Shown one piece after another: positions 17,664 through 26,281 of a stretch of 64,000 bases of DNA. Both the position numbers and the translations under genes were made by a program. Each line of letters opens with the position of its first letter. Position 1 is the first letter of the stretch. This DNA is from an uncultured Gammaproteobacteria bacterium (GTDB taxonomy: Bacteria; Patescibacteriota; Patescibacteriia; Magasanikbacterales; GWA2-37-8): positions 37,600 through 101,599 of the forward strand of contig CAZWKA010000001.1 of assembly GCA_964634875.1 (NCBI GenBank), written 5' to 3'. The notes under the pieces were generated by a model that ran no database searches, was not told where the DNA came from, and saw nothing but the letters and a program-made list of their open reading frames with translations.

Positions 17664-17716
17664 GTTTGGAATCTAAGATAGTTGGCGCTCACGGTGAGTG
17701 CTGAAAGCGAGGAAGC
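17664..17716 (+). promoter_or_regulatory. Conserved upstream element of lipoprotein cassette 1: motif GTTTGGAATCTAAGATAGTTGGCGCTC + hairpin + partial SD
   Basis: Near-identical motif copies at 18374-18400 and 19058-19084; hairpin GCGCTCAC-ggt-GAGTGCTG with one G-U wobble (17684-17703). Confidence 0.5.
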
Positions 17717-18220
17717 ATGAGAGTTAATGTCTTGGGTGTTCTGAGTGTCCTAGGGCTTCTTTCGGGCTGTGTTCATCAGCCCGATCTGCGCCCGCCGCTT
17801 GGATCAGAAGAGGTCGAGCGGATGTATGCGCAAAACGAGATTGATTGTGTCGAGGCGCCCTGGCGATACTGCATGGTCGCCGCCTTTGCGCAGTTCAAGA
17901 TGCCGAACTACGGGACGGAGGGGCGGGAAGGCCTTGCCGCCGAGATCGGTGCGGCTGCTTTCGTTGCCGACGATGGCTCGCCCAACGAGGATTGGTTTGG
18001 CAAGCTCCGGCGTGAGGTCGGCAAGCTGAGCCTCGGCGAAGTCAAGTTGGAAGAGGCCGATTCGTCCGACTTCGGAGCGATCCCCAAGGGACGCGCTGCT
18101 TTCCTTGTGTTGAAACACCGGGATGGTCGTGAGTTCTTCTTCATGATTACCCCGAGCAGGCATGGGGTGGTCTACGGTTTTAACAACAACCGGTGGATGC
18201 GAGCCGCTACCACCCCGTAA
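17717..18220 (+). CDS. GC-rich lipoprotein 1 (lipobox LLSGC)
   Basis: Signal peptide MRVNVLGVLSVLGLLSGC; high GC; SD GAGGAAG. Confidence 0.6.
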   Translation: MRVNVLGVLSVLGLLSGCVHQPDLRPPLGSEEVERMYAQNEIDCVEAPWRYCMVAAFAQFKMPNYGTEGREGLAAEIGAAAFVADDGSPNEDWFGKLRREVGKLSLGEVKLEEADSSDFGAIPKGRAAFLVLKHRDGREFFFMITPSRHGVVYGFNNNRWMRAATTP

Positions 18221-18272
18221 CTTCTGTGTAGCTCACCCCCCCCCCTCGCTCACTTCCGAGCGCCACTACTAT

Positions 18273-18433
18273 CCTAGGTTCTAAAAAGTTATTTTACAAT
18301 TTTATACATTACAGTAGTTGGCGCTCGTAGTGCTGTGCCTACTGAAGCGTATAAAACGCCCTTTAAAAATCAAGTTTATAATCTAAAGTAGCCGGCGCTC
18401 CCAGTAAGAGCGCTTTGCTAGGAGGAAATTACA
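18273..18433 (+). repeat. Intergenic repeat unit (block B CCTAGGTTCTAAAAAGTTATTTTACAAT + two copies of the TAGTTGGCGCTC-hairpin block) ending in AGGAGG SD
   Basis: Shared blocks with 17640-17716, 19022-19109, 19766-19828, 20385-20400. Confidence 0.55.
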
Positions 18434-18961
18434 ATGCGATTGAGAAGTGCTGCTCTCGTGATTGGTCTGGTTTTTCAGGGCTGTGCCCACCTGTCGAACA
18501 CGGATGATTCTTCCCCCAAAAAGGAAGCGGCCACGACGCCGGATGGAGGCATCTGCTACCGGCCCCGGCTCAATTATGGAGGGTATGAATATCTCAATGT
18601 GGAGGGTGGCGTCTATCCGCCGTATTACTACGTCCGGCTCCCAGGCGGCAACATGCCCGAGTTTACTCGGCTGCTCCATGCTGCCGAGTATGAGGTGACC
18701 CGCTGGGCCGATGACCACATTGAGGAGCTCGACAAGGGGTGCCATACGACCCCTGAGGGCTTGAACGTCCGCATCGAGGTCTTCGTGGCGAAAACGCCTG
18801 ATGGTCAAAGCTATGTTACTCGGGCAGAGTTCGTTGCGCCTCCCGTGGTTGGTAACCGGCGGCGGGCCTGGGGAAAGCCTGGCCAGTATGTGCTCAGTGA
18901 GGTTGGAACCGTGCTCGACGCCTCGCTTGAAGCGCTCCTGACCGAGATCCCCCACAGCTAA
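18434..18961 (+). CDS. GC-rich lipoprotein 2 (lipobox VFQGC)
   Basis: Signal peptide MRLRSAALVIGLVFQGC; AGGAGG 8 nt upstream. Confidence 0.6.
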   Translation: MRLRSAALVIGLVFQGCAHLSNTDDSSPKKEAATTPDGGICYRPRLNYGGYEYLNVEGGVYPPYYYVRLPGGNMPEFTRLLHAAEYEVTRWADDHIEELDKGCHTTPEGLNVRIEVFVAKTPDGQSYVTRAEFVAPPVVGNRRRAWGKPGQYVLSEVGTVLDASLEALLTEIPHS

Positions 18962-19021
18962 TCGTTCCTCGCAGCTCCTAGCGACTCACCGCCTCATTGT
19001 GGCGCCATCGCGAGCGCCGCC

Positions 19022-19109
19022 CTACTTTAGGTTATAAACATGCCCTTTAAAAATTACGTTTAGAATTTAAGGTAGTCGGCGCACGGAGCGTCGAAGGAGA
19101 GAAGAGAAA
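19022..19109 (+). repeat. Intergenic repeat unit copy (GCCCTTTAAAAATTACGTTTAGAATTTAAGGTAGTCGGCGCAC + hairpin + GGAGAG SD)
   Basis: About 85% identical to 18357-18400. Confidence 0.55.
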
Positions 19110-19703
19110 ATGTTGCTTCGCAAGGATTTATTTTTGGCTATAGCTATAGTTGTCAGCGGTTGCGCCTCGCGAGGTGTGGTTATCGAAGCTCGCCCGGATG
19201 ATCTGCCGAGCGTGAACGGGCATGAGTGTACGGGCCCTGGCTGGACGACCGTTTCGCCCGACCCCATTACCGTCGAAGACAGCAGCGGGGTGATCTGCCG
19301 GAAGGGCGGCTATCACGTGATCGTGAACGCTAGCTCTAGCGGCCAAGGCGTGGCGTCGTATGTCACGTGCCCGGCTGGTTTTGCCTCGGATAGCCAGGAG
19401 TGGAAGAATGGCCTCGTCAGGGCTGGTATCCTGAGCTGTTACAAGGATGGTCCGGATGAGACTCTGCTGGTCTGCCAGATCAATTCCGTGACGATACAGA
19501 CGAGCGCGTGCCCGGTAGACGAGCTGAAGACCTGGGAGCCAATCAAGAGGGGTATGAGCCCTGCCGCTCGCTCGAAGTGTGCGCCGCAGCAGTGTGCTTG
19601 TCGTGACTACACTGCCTTGGAGGTTCTGCGGCACGTGAAGGTCGATGCGCGTCCGGAGTGTTGCTCTGACTACTCTGGTCCATCTTCCGGCTGCGGTGAG
19701 TAA
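19110..19703 (+). CDS. GC-rich Cys-rich lipoprotein 3 (lipobox VVSGC)
   Basis: Signal peptide MLLRKDLFLAIAIVVSGC; 14 Cys in mature part. Confidence 0.6.
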   Translation: MLLRKDLFLAIAIVVSGCASRGVVIEARPDDLPSVNGHECTGPGWTTVSPDPITVEDSSGVICRKGGYHVIVNASSSGQGVASYVTCPAGFASDSQEWKNGLVRAGILSCYKDGPDETLLVCQINSVTIQTSACPVDELKTWEPIKRGMSPAARSKCAPQQCACRDYTALEVLRHVKVDARPECCSDYSGPSSGCGE

Positions 19704-19765
19704 CCGAACCTAAGCTCCAGACCACCACCCCTTCCGAGCGCAATCGCTTGCGTTCGCCGTCTCTA

Positions 19766-19828
19766 CCTTAGATTCTAAAAAGTTCTTTTACAATGTAATT
19801 ATTTGGAAATACATAGTGGGAGCAGCAG
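19766..19828 (+). repeat. Intergenic repeat unit copy (CCTTAGATTCTAAAAAGTTCTTTTACAAT...)
   Basis: Block B copy, 26/28 identical to 18273-18300. Confidence 0.5.
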
Positions 19829-19855
19829 TTGTACCCAACACAAAGGGGGTCTCAG

Positions 19856-20332
19856 ATGCACGTACGAAATGGTTCCGTGGTCGCCGCAATGTTCACTGTT
19901 TTGCTGGTTCTGTCTGGGTGTTCGGCCATGTTTGTTGGTGCGCCTAGTCGGACAAGCACCGAGTGGCTTGGCTGGTACCATAACCAGACCCAGAACATGT
20001 TGATCACGGTCGGCGACGAAAAGGCTGATCTAAGTGCTAGCGATGAGCGGCGCACGTCATATGTTGCCACTGCGTCGCTTCAGTTTGACGGCATGGTGAA
20101 AGGTACCTTTGCGCACGAAGAGATATGTGTTTCGTTCACTATGCCTGCCACAGACGACAACACCCCGATCTATCGGCGCATCATGATCGGTCGACGCACG
20201 CACGGTATCACCCCGGAGTTGCCCGTTGGCCACCTGACCATCGTCGAGTGTGCCTCACCATCTGGAGCCATTGTCGTTGATCTATACGCTGCCCCGCACA
20301 GCCAGGGAGTACTCGTCGGATCACTGCCATAA
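19856..20332 (+). CDS. GC-rich lipoprotein 4 (lipobox VLSGC)
   Basis: Start at ATG 19856 (GGGGG SD 9 nt upstream) giving MHVRNGSVVAAMFTVLLVLSGC. Confidence 0.55.
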   Translation: MHVRNGSVVAAMFTVLLVLSGCSAMFVGAPSRTSTEWLGWYHNQTQNMLITVGDEKADLSASDERRTSYVATASLQFDGMVKGTFAHEEICVSFTMPATDDNTPIYRRIMIGRRTHGITPELPVGHLTIVECASPSGAIVVDLYAAPHSQGVLVGSLP

Positions 20333-20391
20333 TTCCAACTCCACCCCATCAATGGCACCCCTGCTGCCCTTCTCCACTATGGTTTCTAAAT

Positions 20392-20431
20392 AAAAAAATA
20401 TCCCGGACATTTGTCCGGGATATTTTTTTAA
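20392..20431. terminator. Bidirectional intrinsic terminator shared by lipoprotein array (+) and rplA (-)
   Basis: AAAAAAAT-ATCCCGGACA-tt-TGTCCGGGAT-ATTTTTTT perfect palindrome. Confidence 0.7.
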
Positions 20432-20440
20432 GAAGATTTT

Positions 20441-21121
20441 TTATTCTTCACTCGCGATGCGGATTGCAGGACCCATCGTGGTGCAGATGATCAGGTTTAT
20501 AAGGTACGTGCCTTTGGCCGTGGCTGGCTTAGCGCGCTTCAAGACATCCAGGAAAGCAGTCAAGTTTTCTTTGAGTTGAGTCTCGGAGAAGCTTACTTTG
20601 CCGATCGATTGGTGGATGTTGCTGGTGTCGTCGTTTTTGAAAGTAATCTTACCTTTTTTCAATTCTTCGATCATTTTTTTGATGTTCGGACTAACCGTTT
20701 CGGTTTTAGGATTCGGCATCAAACCTTTCGGACCAAGTACTTTGGCGACGCCAGCGAGTTTGGACATCATGTCTGGTGTTGTTACGGCAACATCAAATTC
20801 GATTTTACCAGTATCTTTGATGCGTTTAATGTCTTCTTCGCCGTAGACAAAATCTGCCCCAGCGTCTTTGGCTTCTTTTTCTTTTTCAGCCGAAACAAAA
20901 GCGGCTACTTTTTTGGTTTTACCAGTACCGTGCGGAAGCGAAGCGCTGGCGCGAACCTGTTGTTCACCTTTCTTTGGATCAATACCAAGGTGGGCGTGGA
21001 CTTCTACGCTAGCGTCAAATTTAACGCCGCTGGTTTCGCGGACGAGCTTGATTGCGTCGTCCCAGGAATACACGCGGGTTTTGTCGATTTTCGCGGCGAT
21101 TTCCTTCATTCGTTTGTTCAT
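20441..21121 (-). CDS. rplA: 50S ribosomal protein L1
   Basis: MNKRMKEIAAKIDKTRVYS.. through ..TMGPAIRIASEE; the 312-aa track ORF is an upstream read-through into GC-rich DNA, trimmed to ATG at 21121. Confidence 0.9.
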   Translation of the reverse strand: MNKRMKEIAAKIDKTRVYSWDDAIKLVRETSGVKFDASVEVHAHLGIDPKKGEQQVRASASLPHGTGKTKKVAAFVSAEKEKEAKDAGADFVYGEEDIKRIKDTGKIEFDVAVTTPDMMSKLAGVAKVLGPKGLMPNPKTETVSPNIKKMIEELKKGKITFKNDDTSNIHQSIGKVSFSETQLKENLTAFLDVLKRAKPATAKGTYLINLIICTTMGPAIRIASEE

Positions 21122-21264
21122 AGTCCTTGAGTTTAGTGGTACAAGCCCTCTGGATGGCAGAGGTCCCACCGAAGTTAAAAGTAGGGAAAGTATAGCTAAG
21201 TACTGGGTTTTTGTCAAGAATACGAGCGGCCTCTCAGGAAGGGCCGCTCGGTGGGTAGTCGTGT

Positions 21265-22164
21265 TTAGGAAAGGCTGGGTGCTCCGGCTGTGCTGAATTT
21301 GCGCCGCGGCCTGAGATCCCAGATGATGTGGCAGCGTGCGAGCAGCCACAAGAGGTAGTAGGAGAGGTCGATCTGCCACCAGTGGTGACCCTGACGCGCC
21401 GCTGACTTGTCGTAGTGGTGGTTGTTATGCCACCCTTCGCCCATCGTCAGGAAGGCGATCAGGGCATTATTTCGGCTTTCGTCGCCGGTCTGGTAGGGCT
21501 TAGTGCCCCAGACATGGGCCAGACTATTCACCATAAACGTGGCATGCCAGAAGACGAGTGTCGAAGCGCCCATCCCGATCACGACACCGCTCCAGCCTGC
21601 GATCAAGTAACAGAGGCCTGTCAGTAAGAGGGGCGGCAGGTAGTGATAGTGGTGGAGCCAGTGCAGCTCTCTGAACTTAGCGAGATCCTTCACGACAGCT
21701 AGATCAGTGTGGCCGCGTTCAGCGTCACCGAGCCAGCCCACATGTGCCCACCAGAGACCGCGTTGGACAGGCGAGTGGACATCCTCAGGCTGGTCGGCGA
21801 ACTGGTGGTGTCGGCGGTGGTGCGCCGCCCACCAGAGCGGGCCTTTCTGTACGCACATACACCCGAAGAACGCGATCAGAAACTGGACGAAGCGACTGGT
21901 CTTGAAGGACCGGTGGGCGAAGTACCTATGGTACCCCGCAGTAATGACAAACATGCGCGTCCAGTAGAGCACGATAGCCAGGGCTACTGCCCGCCCGGTG
22001 ACGCCTGTCCAGATGGCAAGGATTGGTACAAGATGGATTGCTCGAAACGTGATCCAGTTTAGCCAATCGGTGGCTTTGGGCAGGACTTTGATTTCCGCTT
22101 CCATGGTGAATGGTGCCTCAACTTTCTTGGGCGTAATGATAGTCTCGGTAGTCGTGAAAGTCAA
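21265..22164 (-). CDS. Membrane fatty-acid (acyl-CoA/acyl-lipid delta-9-type) desaturase, GC-rich
   Basis: Three His boxes HRYFAH, HRRHH, HNNHH with 4 TM segments; start ambiguous (TTG 22164 or ATG 22104). Confidence 0.8.
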   Translation of the reverse strand: MTFTTTETIITPKKVEAPFTMEAEIKVLPKATDWLNWITFRAIHLVPILAIWTGVTGRAVALAIVLYWTRMFVITAGYHRYFAHRSFKTSRFVQFLIAFFGCMCVQKGPLWWAAHHRRHHQFADQPEDVHSPVQRGLWWAHVGWLGDAERGHTDLAVVKDLAKFRELHWLHHYHYLPPLLLTGLCYLIAGWSGVVIGMGASTLVFWHATFMVNSLAHVWGTKPYQTGDESRNNALIAFLTMGEGWHNNHHYDKSAARQGHHWWQIDLSYYLLWLLARCHIIWDLRPRRKFSTAGAPSLS

Positions 22165-22227
22165 TTGTTGTTTTTAAAATATAGACAAAAAGTATGCTTT
22201 AGCGTAGGATACAGTAACTTTTAAAAT

Positions 22228-22809
22228 ATGTTTTCCGGTATTATCCAAACAATTTGCAAAGTAGAAACTCGTGCCACGAAAAATGGCTCGCTTTTTTTAA
22301 CCATAGAAAAACCAAAAGGTTGGAAAATTAAACCCGGAGACTCGATTGCGACCAATGGTGTCTGTCTCACTGTCAAAACGCTGAATGGAAAAAAATACAC
22401 GACTGAACTTATGCCCGAAACACTTGAGCGCACCACCTTTGGTCAAATTGTTCCCAAGCTCGTGAACCTCGAACCATCGCTTACATTGAATACGCTCATG
22501 GATGGCCACCTTGTGCTCGGACATGTGGATACGATTGGAACAATTACCAAGCTTCAGGATAAAGGCCGCTCTCGGATATATACCGTACGTTTCCCCAAAA
22601 AATACAGCAATCTGGTCGTGGAAAAAGGTTCGATTACAATTGATGGTATTAGTCTTACGATTGTTGGTTGTGGCAAAGACTTTCTGACCGTCTCGCTCGT
22701 CGATTATACTATTCAGCACACGACACTCGGCGCGAAAAAAATCGGGGAAGCAGTTAACCTCGAATTTGATATCATGGCGAAGTATGTCGCCCGAATGCTT
22801 AAAAAATAA
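22228..22809 (+). CDS. ribE: Riboflavin synthase (alpha subunit)
   Basis: MFSGIIQ...NGVCLTV duplicated lumazine-binding repeats. Confidence 0.85.
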   Translation: MFSGIIQTICKVETRATKNGSLFLTIEKPKGWKIKPGDSIATNGVCLTVKTLNGKKYTTELMPETLERTTFGQIVPKLVNLEPSLTLNTLMDGHLVLGHVDTIGTITKLQDKGRSRIYTVRFPKKYSNLVVEKGSITIDGISLTIVGCGKDFLTVSLVDYTIQHTTLGAKKIGEAVNLEFDIMAKYVARMLKK

Positions 22810-22815
22810 AATTGT

Positions 22816-23295
22816 TTGTATATGCAGCACTCGAGCAAAGGACAGTTCAAAAAATTTAATGCCAAAGAATACCGGGTTGCTATTGTAGCCGCTCAATTTA
22901 ATCGCGACATCACCGAGGCGATTACCAAACACGCTGTGGCGGCGCTTACCGATTATGGTGTAGCACCTGAAAACAGGCCGATCCACCGCGTGGCGGGCAG
23001 CGTAGAAATTCCGGTTATTTTAAAAGCGCTTGTTGATACAAATCACTACGATGCGGTTGTCGTCGTTGGCGCAATTATTCGTGGTGCCACCGACCACTAT
23101 ACGCATGTAGCCAACATTGTTGTGGATGGAGTCAATCGGACGATGGCGGCCGGGCTTCCGGTTGGGTTCGCGGTACTTACTGTTGAAAATCATGCTCAGG
23201 CAGTAGAACGACTTGAAATTGGTCGTGATGCTGCGATAGCTGCGCTTCAGGCAGCCAAGATCGTTAGCGCTATTGAAAAAATTAGTAAAAAATAA
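22816..23295 (+). CDS. ribH: 6,7-dimethyl-8-ribityllumazine synthase
   Basis: RVAIVAAQFNRDITE..., GAIIRGATDHY core motifs. Confidence 0.9.
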   Translation: MYMQHSSKGQFKKFNAKEYRVAIVAAQFNRDITEAITKHAVAALTDYGVAPENRPIHRVAGSVEIPVILKALVDTNHYDAVVVVGAIIRGATDHYTHVANIVVDGVNRTMAAGLPVGFAVLTVENHAQAVERLEIGRDAAIAALQAAKIVSAIEKISKK

Positions 23296-23300
23296 TTCCT

Positions 23301-23366
23301 TTCACGTAACACGTAGCACATAACACGTAACCCACGGCAATTGTTAGGTGCTACGTGTTACGTGAA
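23301..23366. promoter_or_regulatory. 19-bp perfect inverted repeat TTCACGTAACACGTAGCAC..GTGCTACGTGTTACGTGAA with a third AACACGTAAC half-site in the 28-nt spacer
   Basis: Arms 23301-23319 and 23348-23366; ACGT-core operator-like; no T-tract. Confidence 0.45.
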
Positions 23367-23401
23367 TTGATACAATTTACTTCTATAGCATCTGAATAAA
23401 T

Positions 23402-23767
23402 ATGGAACTCAAGCCACTCACCCCTGAAGAAAAAAATGTTATCATCGACAAAGGCACTGAACGCCCTTTTACTGGCGAATACGATGATTTTTTTGTGGAA
23501 GGCACGTATCTCTGTCGTCAGTGCGAAACGCCGCTCTATACATCGGATAGTAAGTTTCACTCTGGGTGCGGTTGGCCGAGTTTTGACCAGGAAATTCCGG
23601 GCGCGGTGAAGCGCACCACGGATGCCGACGGTAGTCGTACCGAAATTACCTGTAACACCTGTGCCGGGCATCTTGGTCATGTTTTTACGGGTGAGCAGTT
23701 GACTGCCAAAAATACTCGTCATTGTGTAAATTCATTGTCGCTTAAATTTATCCCTAAACAAGTCTAA
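23402..23767 (+). CDS. msrB: Peptide-methionine (R)-S-oxide reductase
   Basis: [26 protein letters not shown] zinc and catalytic Cys motifs. Confidence 0.9.
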   Translation: MELKPLTPEEKNVIIDKGTERPFTGEYDDFFVEGTYLCRQCETPLYTSDSKFHSGCGWPSFDQEIPGAVKRTTDADGSRTEITCNTCAGHLGHVFTGEQLTAKNTRHCVNSLSLKFIPKQV

Positions 23768-23792
23768 ATTGCTAAAAGCTTTTTACTTAGCC

Positions 23793-23822
23793 AAAAACAG
23801 CCTAAAATAGGCTGTTTTTGTT
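23793..23822 (+). terminator. Intrinsic terminator after msrB
   Basis: CAGCCTA-aaa-TAGGCTG + TTTTTGTTTT. Confidence 0.6.
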
Positions 23823-23932
23823 TTAGTTGAGCCAAAATACCCTTGACAAAACCTCAAAAATATGGTAGCGTTCAACGCTTTGCGTTAACGCGCAAAGTTT
23901 TTTTGTACGTTGAAAATTTTTAGCAAACAGAA

Positions 23933-23987
23933 GTTGTTTTAGCAGAAAACGCTGGTGTTGTGCGCCGTAGGTTTCTGCTAAAACAAC
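23933..23987. repeat. 16-bp perfect inverted repeat GTTGTTTTAGCAGAAA/TTTCTGCTAAAACAAC (24-nt loop) abutting the 5' end of a GC-rich gene
   Basis: seen directly. Confidence 0.5.
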
Positions 23988-24003
23988 AAACAGGGGGTAG
24001 CCC

Positions 24004-25725
24004 ATGACATTCCAAGAAAGTTATCGTTGTGCGCTCTTGTTTCTTGTCCTTGCCGCTTGCGGCGTGGAAGGGGTCTTTGTTCCAGGATATGTTCATCCGG
24101 ATGGTGAACCGCCGAGTACGCCTCCGGCTGGTCAAACCCGCTCGCCATCACTGGATCTTTCCAGTATTTGTCGGGATCTGCCGGCTGTTCGCGCACCGCT
24201 TGACGAGACTCGGTGGGGCGAGGCGCTCTGGAAGCCGCTCATCGCGGATAACATCGTCGAGTACGTGCGGTTGAGGGGGCTAACGACGACGGACCAGGTC
24301 GGTCACGCAAGTCAGGTCCCGCTCATCAACGATCTCCACGAGCCAGAGCGAATGCGCCGGGCCATCCGGGAGTTTCTAGGTGACAGTCTGAAAAACACCT
24401 GTGTGCCGATTTTGCCCAAACTCGATGCGCACGATCTCGGTCTTACCGAAGCGCAGAAGGAGCTCGCCCACATTCATCCATTCGAGGATGGTAGCGGCTT
24501 TTACCAGGAACCCTGGCTCGTCATGGCAAACGGGAATCCGCCACGTGAGACGCGGGTTCGGGTGTTGCGACTCACGATGCAGAACCTGATCGGCAACCAG
24601 AGCCAGGCGTTCGTGCTCGTGCCTACAAGTCCCGGGCCGCACCCGGTAACACTCGTCGCCCACCAGACGCTGGCGAAGTGCGGCGCACGTGAACCGGTCG
24701 GTGCGTGCACTCCCGAAGAAGACGGTCTCCCGTGGCAGGCACTCGCCATGAAACTGGCCGGTGACGGTTTTATCGTTATCGCGCCTGACATGATTGGGTA
24801 CGGTAGTGCTTATGATCCGGCGGTTTTGGTTAGCGAATACGACTCAAAAGAGATGCAGCGGATCCGCCAATACTTTCCGAACATATCGGTGATGGCAGTC
24901 GAGATGATCCAGCTTGAGCGTTTCGTCAAAGCGCTCTACCAGCTCGGGGACGCTGGCCACTTCAAGATAAAAGGGAAAAAGATTGCCATTGCCGGTCACT
25001 CCAAGGGTGGCTACCTTGCCGTTCTGTTTGCAGCGCTCTATCCAGAGTTCGTCAAAATTGTCTTCTCGAGCGCGGGAGCTTTCAACTATCCGCTCAAGGG
25101 GCCGTATGGCGACGATCTCGGATTTACTGAAGCGAAACCGTTGCTGCTTGGTATTGACGGACGTATCTGTGGTTGGGGGTACTCCCAGGCCGAGTGTGCT
25201 TTTGCTGGACGAAACCAGCGCTACCTCGCCATCGACTTCCCGGTTCTGGTTCGCGCCATGCTCGGGCAGGGGCAAGCGGTCTACCTTATTGCCATCGAAG
25301 ACGATCGGCTCTACCGCATACCAGCTGTGGAGCAGATTCGTCTTGCGGGCGAAGAAGGGGCGCGTCAGGCTCGTCTGGTTGGCGGCGAATTCTGGTACGG
25401 CATTGTGGAAAGTGGTCTGAGGGACGGAGACGGTAGCGCCTGTCGAGTGAAAGCCGAAATCCAGCACGAACAAAACCAGCTCGCCTGCGAAGATGAGCCC
25501 GAAGAAACTGATCGGGAATTCTGCTCTGGCAAGAGTGACCACGACTACTACCGCGAGATCTTCTTCTGCCAGCTCGTCCACGGGCGGAACCACGGCATCT
25601 ACTACGATCATGTTAACAGAGGTCTCGATGCTATCCGCCGCGTGATGCAGACGGACGTGGTCCGTGACTTCACCGGCGAAGTCTACCGCTCGAACGGTTC
25701 ACCTCGCAACTATCAGTCCTTCTAA
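24004..25725 (+). CDS. GC-rich secreted alpha/beta-hydrolase (esterase/lipase-like) lipoprotein
   Basis: Signal + lipobox LVLAACG; nucleophile elbow GHSKGG; GGGGG SD. Confidence 0.65.
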   Translation: MTFQESYRCALLFLVLAACGVEGVFVPGYVHPDGEPPSTPPAGQTRSPSLDLSSICRDLPAVRAPLDETRWGEALWKPLIADNIVEYVRLRGLTTTDQVGHASQVPLINDLHEPERMRRAIREFLGDSLKNTCVPILPKLDAHDLGLTEAQKELAHIHPFEDGSGFYQEPWLVMANGNPPRETRVRVLRLTMQNLIGNQSQAFVLVPTSPGPHPVTLVAHQTLAKCGAREPVGACTPEEDGLPWQALAMKLAGDGFIVIAPDMIGYGSAYDPAVLVSEYDSKEMQRIRQYFPNISVMAVEMIQLERFVKALYQLGDAGHFKIKGKKIAIAGHSKGGYLAVLFAALYPEFVKIVFSSAGAFNYPLKGPYGDDLGFTEAKPLLLGIDGRICGWGYSQAECAFAGRNQRYLAIDFPVLVRAMLGQGQAVYLIAIEDDRLYRIPAVEQIRLAGEEGARQARLVGGEFWYGIVESGLRDGDGSACRVKAEIQHEQNQLACEDEPEETDREFCSGKSDHDYYREIFFCQLVHGRNHGIYYDHVNRGLDAIRRVMQTDVVRDFTGEVYRSNGSPRNYQSF

Positions 25726-25894
25726 ATTCTTTTGCGCGGTTTCGATTTCTCTCTCACCACCCGCGCACTTAATCTGGCGAACAGTCACTGTTCCCTAGAT
25801 TGAGCGGGTGGTGGCTAGAAAGTTTTTGCTCAAGCCCACATTTGTTTAGTAAAAACTTTTTAGCTATGGTATTCTATATATATTCTTAACATGC

Positions 25895-26242
25895 GTGTCT
25901 ATGGCTCGACAACGAAACATATCTTCTGATGAAGAAGCGGCGCAGGTTGCCCGGTGGCTTGAACAAAATGCCCAGGCTGATTCAGCTCAGCAGGTGGAAG
26001 ATGTCTTAGTAAAAGCCCAGCGCGCTCACCAAGGAGATGATGAGGCTGAGTGGCAACGGGAAATGGGTGGAGGAAAAGAAAATGATAAACCCTCACAAGA
26101 TGCTGTTCACCTCAGCCCGCTTGCCAAAGAGGTTCGAGAGATAGCGGCGGCGCGAAAAGCACAACAACGAAAAGAACAGCCTCAAGCCCTGGGTTCTAAA
26201 AAAGAAAGTTGGATTGATAAAGCAAGAAATATTTTTAGATAG
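25895..26242 (+). CDS. Small charged hypothetical protein
   Basis: 115 aa, Gln/Glu/Lys-rich; followed by terminator. Confidence 0.35.
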   Translation: MSMARQRNISSDEEAAQVARWLEQNAQADSAQQVEDVLVKAQRAHQGDDEAEWQREMGGGKENDKPSQDAVHLSPLAKEVREIAAARKAQQRKEQPQALGSKKESWIDKARNIFR

Positions 26243-26243
26243 C

Positions 26244-26281
26244 AAAAAAATCCTTCCCGGATAACCAGGAAGGATTTTTTA
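26244..26281. terminator. Bidirectional intrinsic terminator
   Basis: AAAAAAA-TCCTTCC-cggataacca-GGAAGGA-TTTTTT. Confidence 0.65.

Noticed and set aside
17540-20440. Diversity-generating retroelement targeting the lipoproteins
   Set aside because: No reverse transcriptase or Avd gene was found. The repeats are intergenic (non-coding), not the VR/TR pairs inside 3' coding regions.
20441-21379. 312-aa extended rplA ORF
   Set aside because: Homology to L1 starts at MNKRMKEIAA (ATG 21121). The upstream 86 codons are read-through into the GC-rich neighbour.
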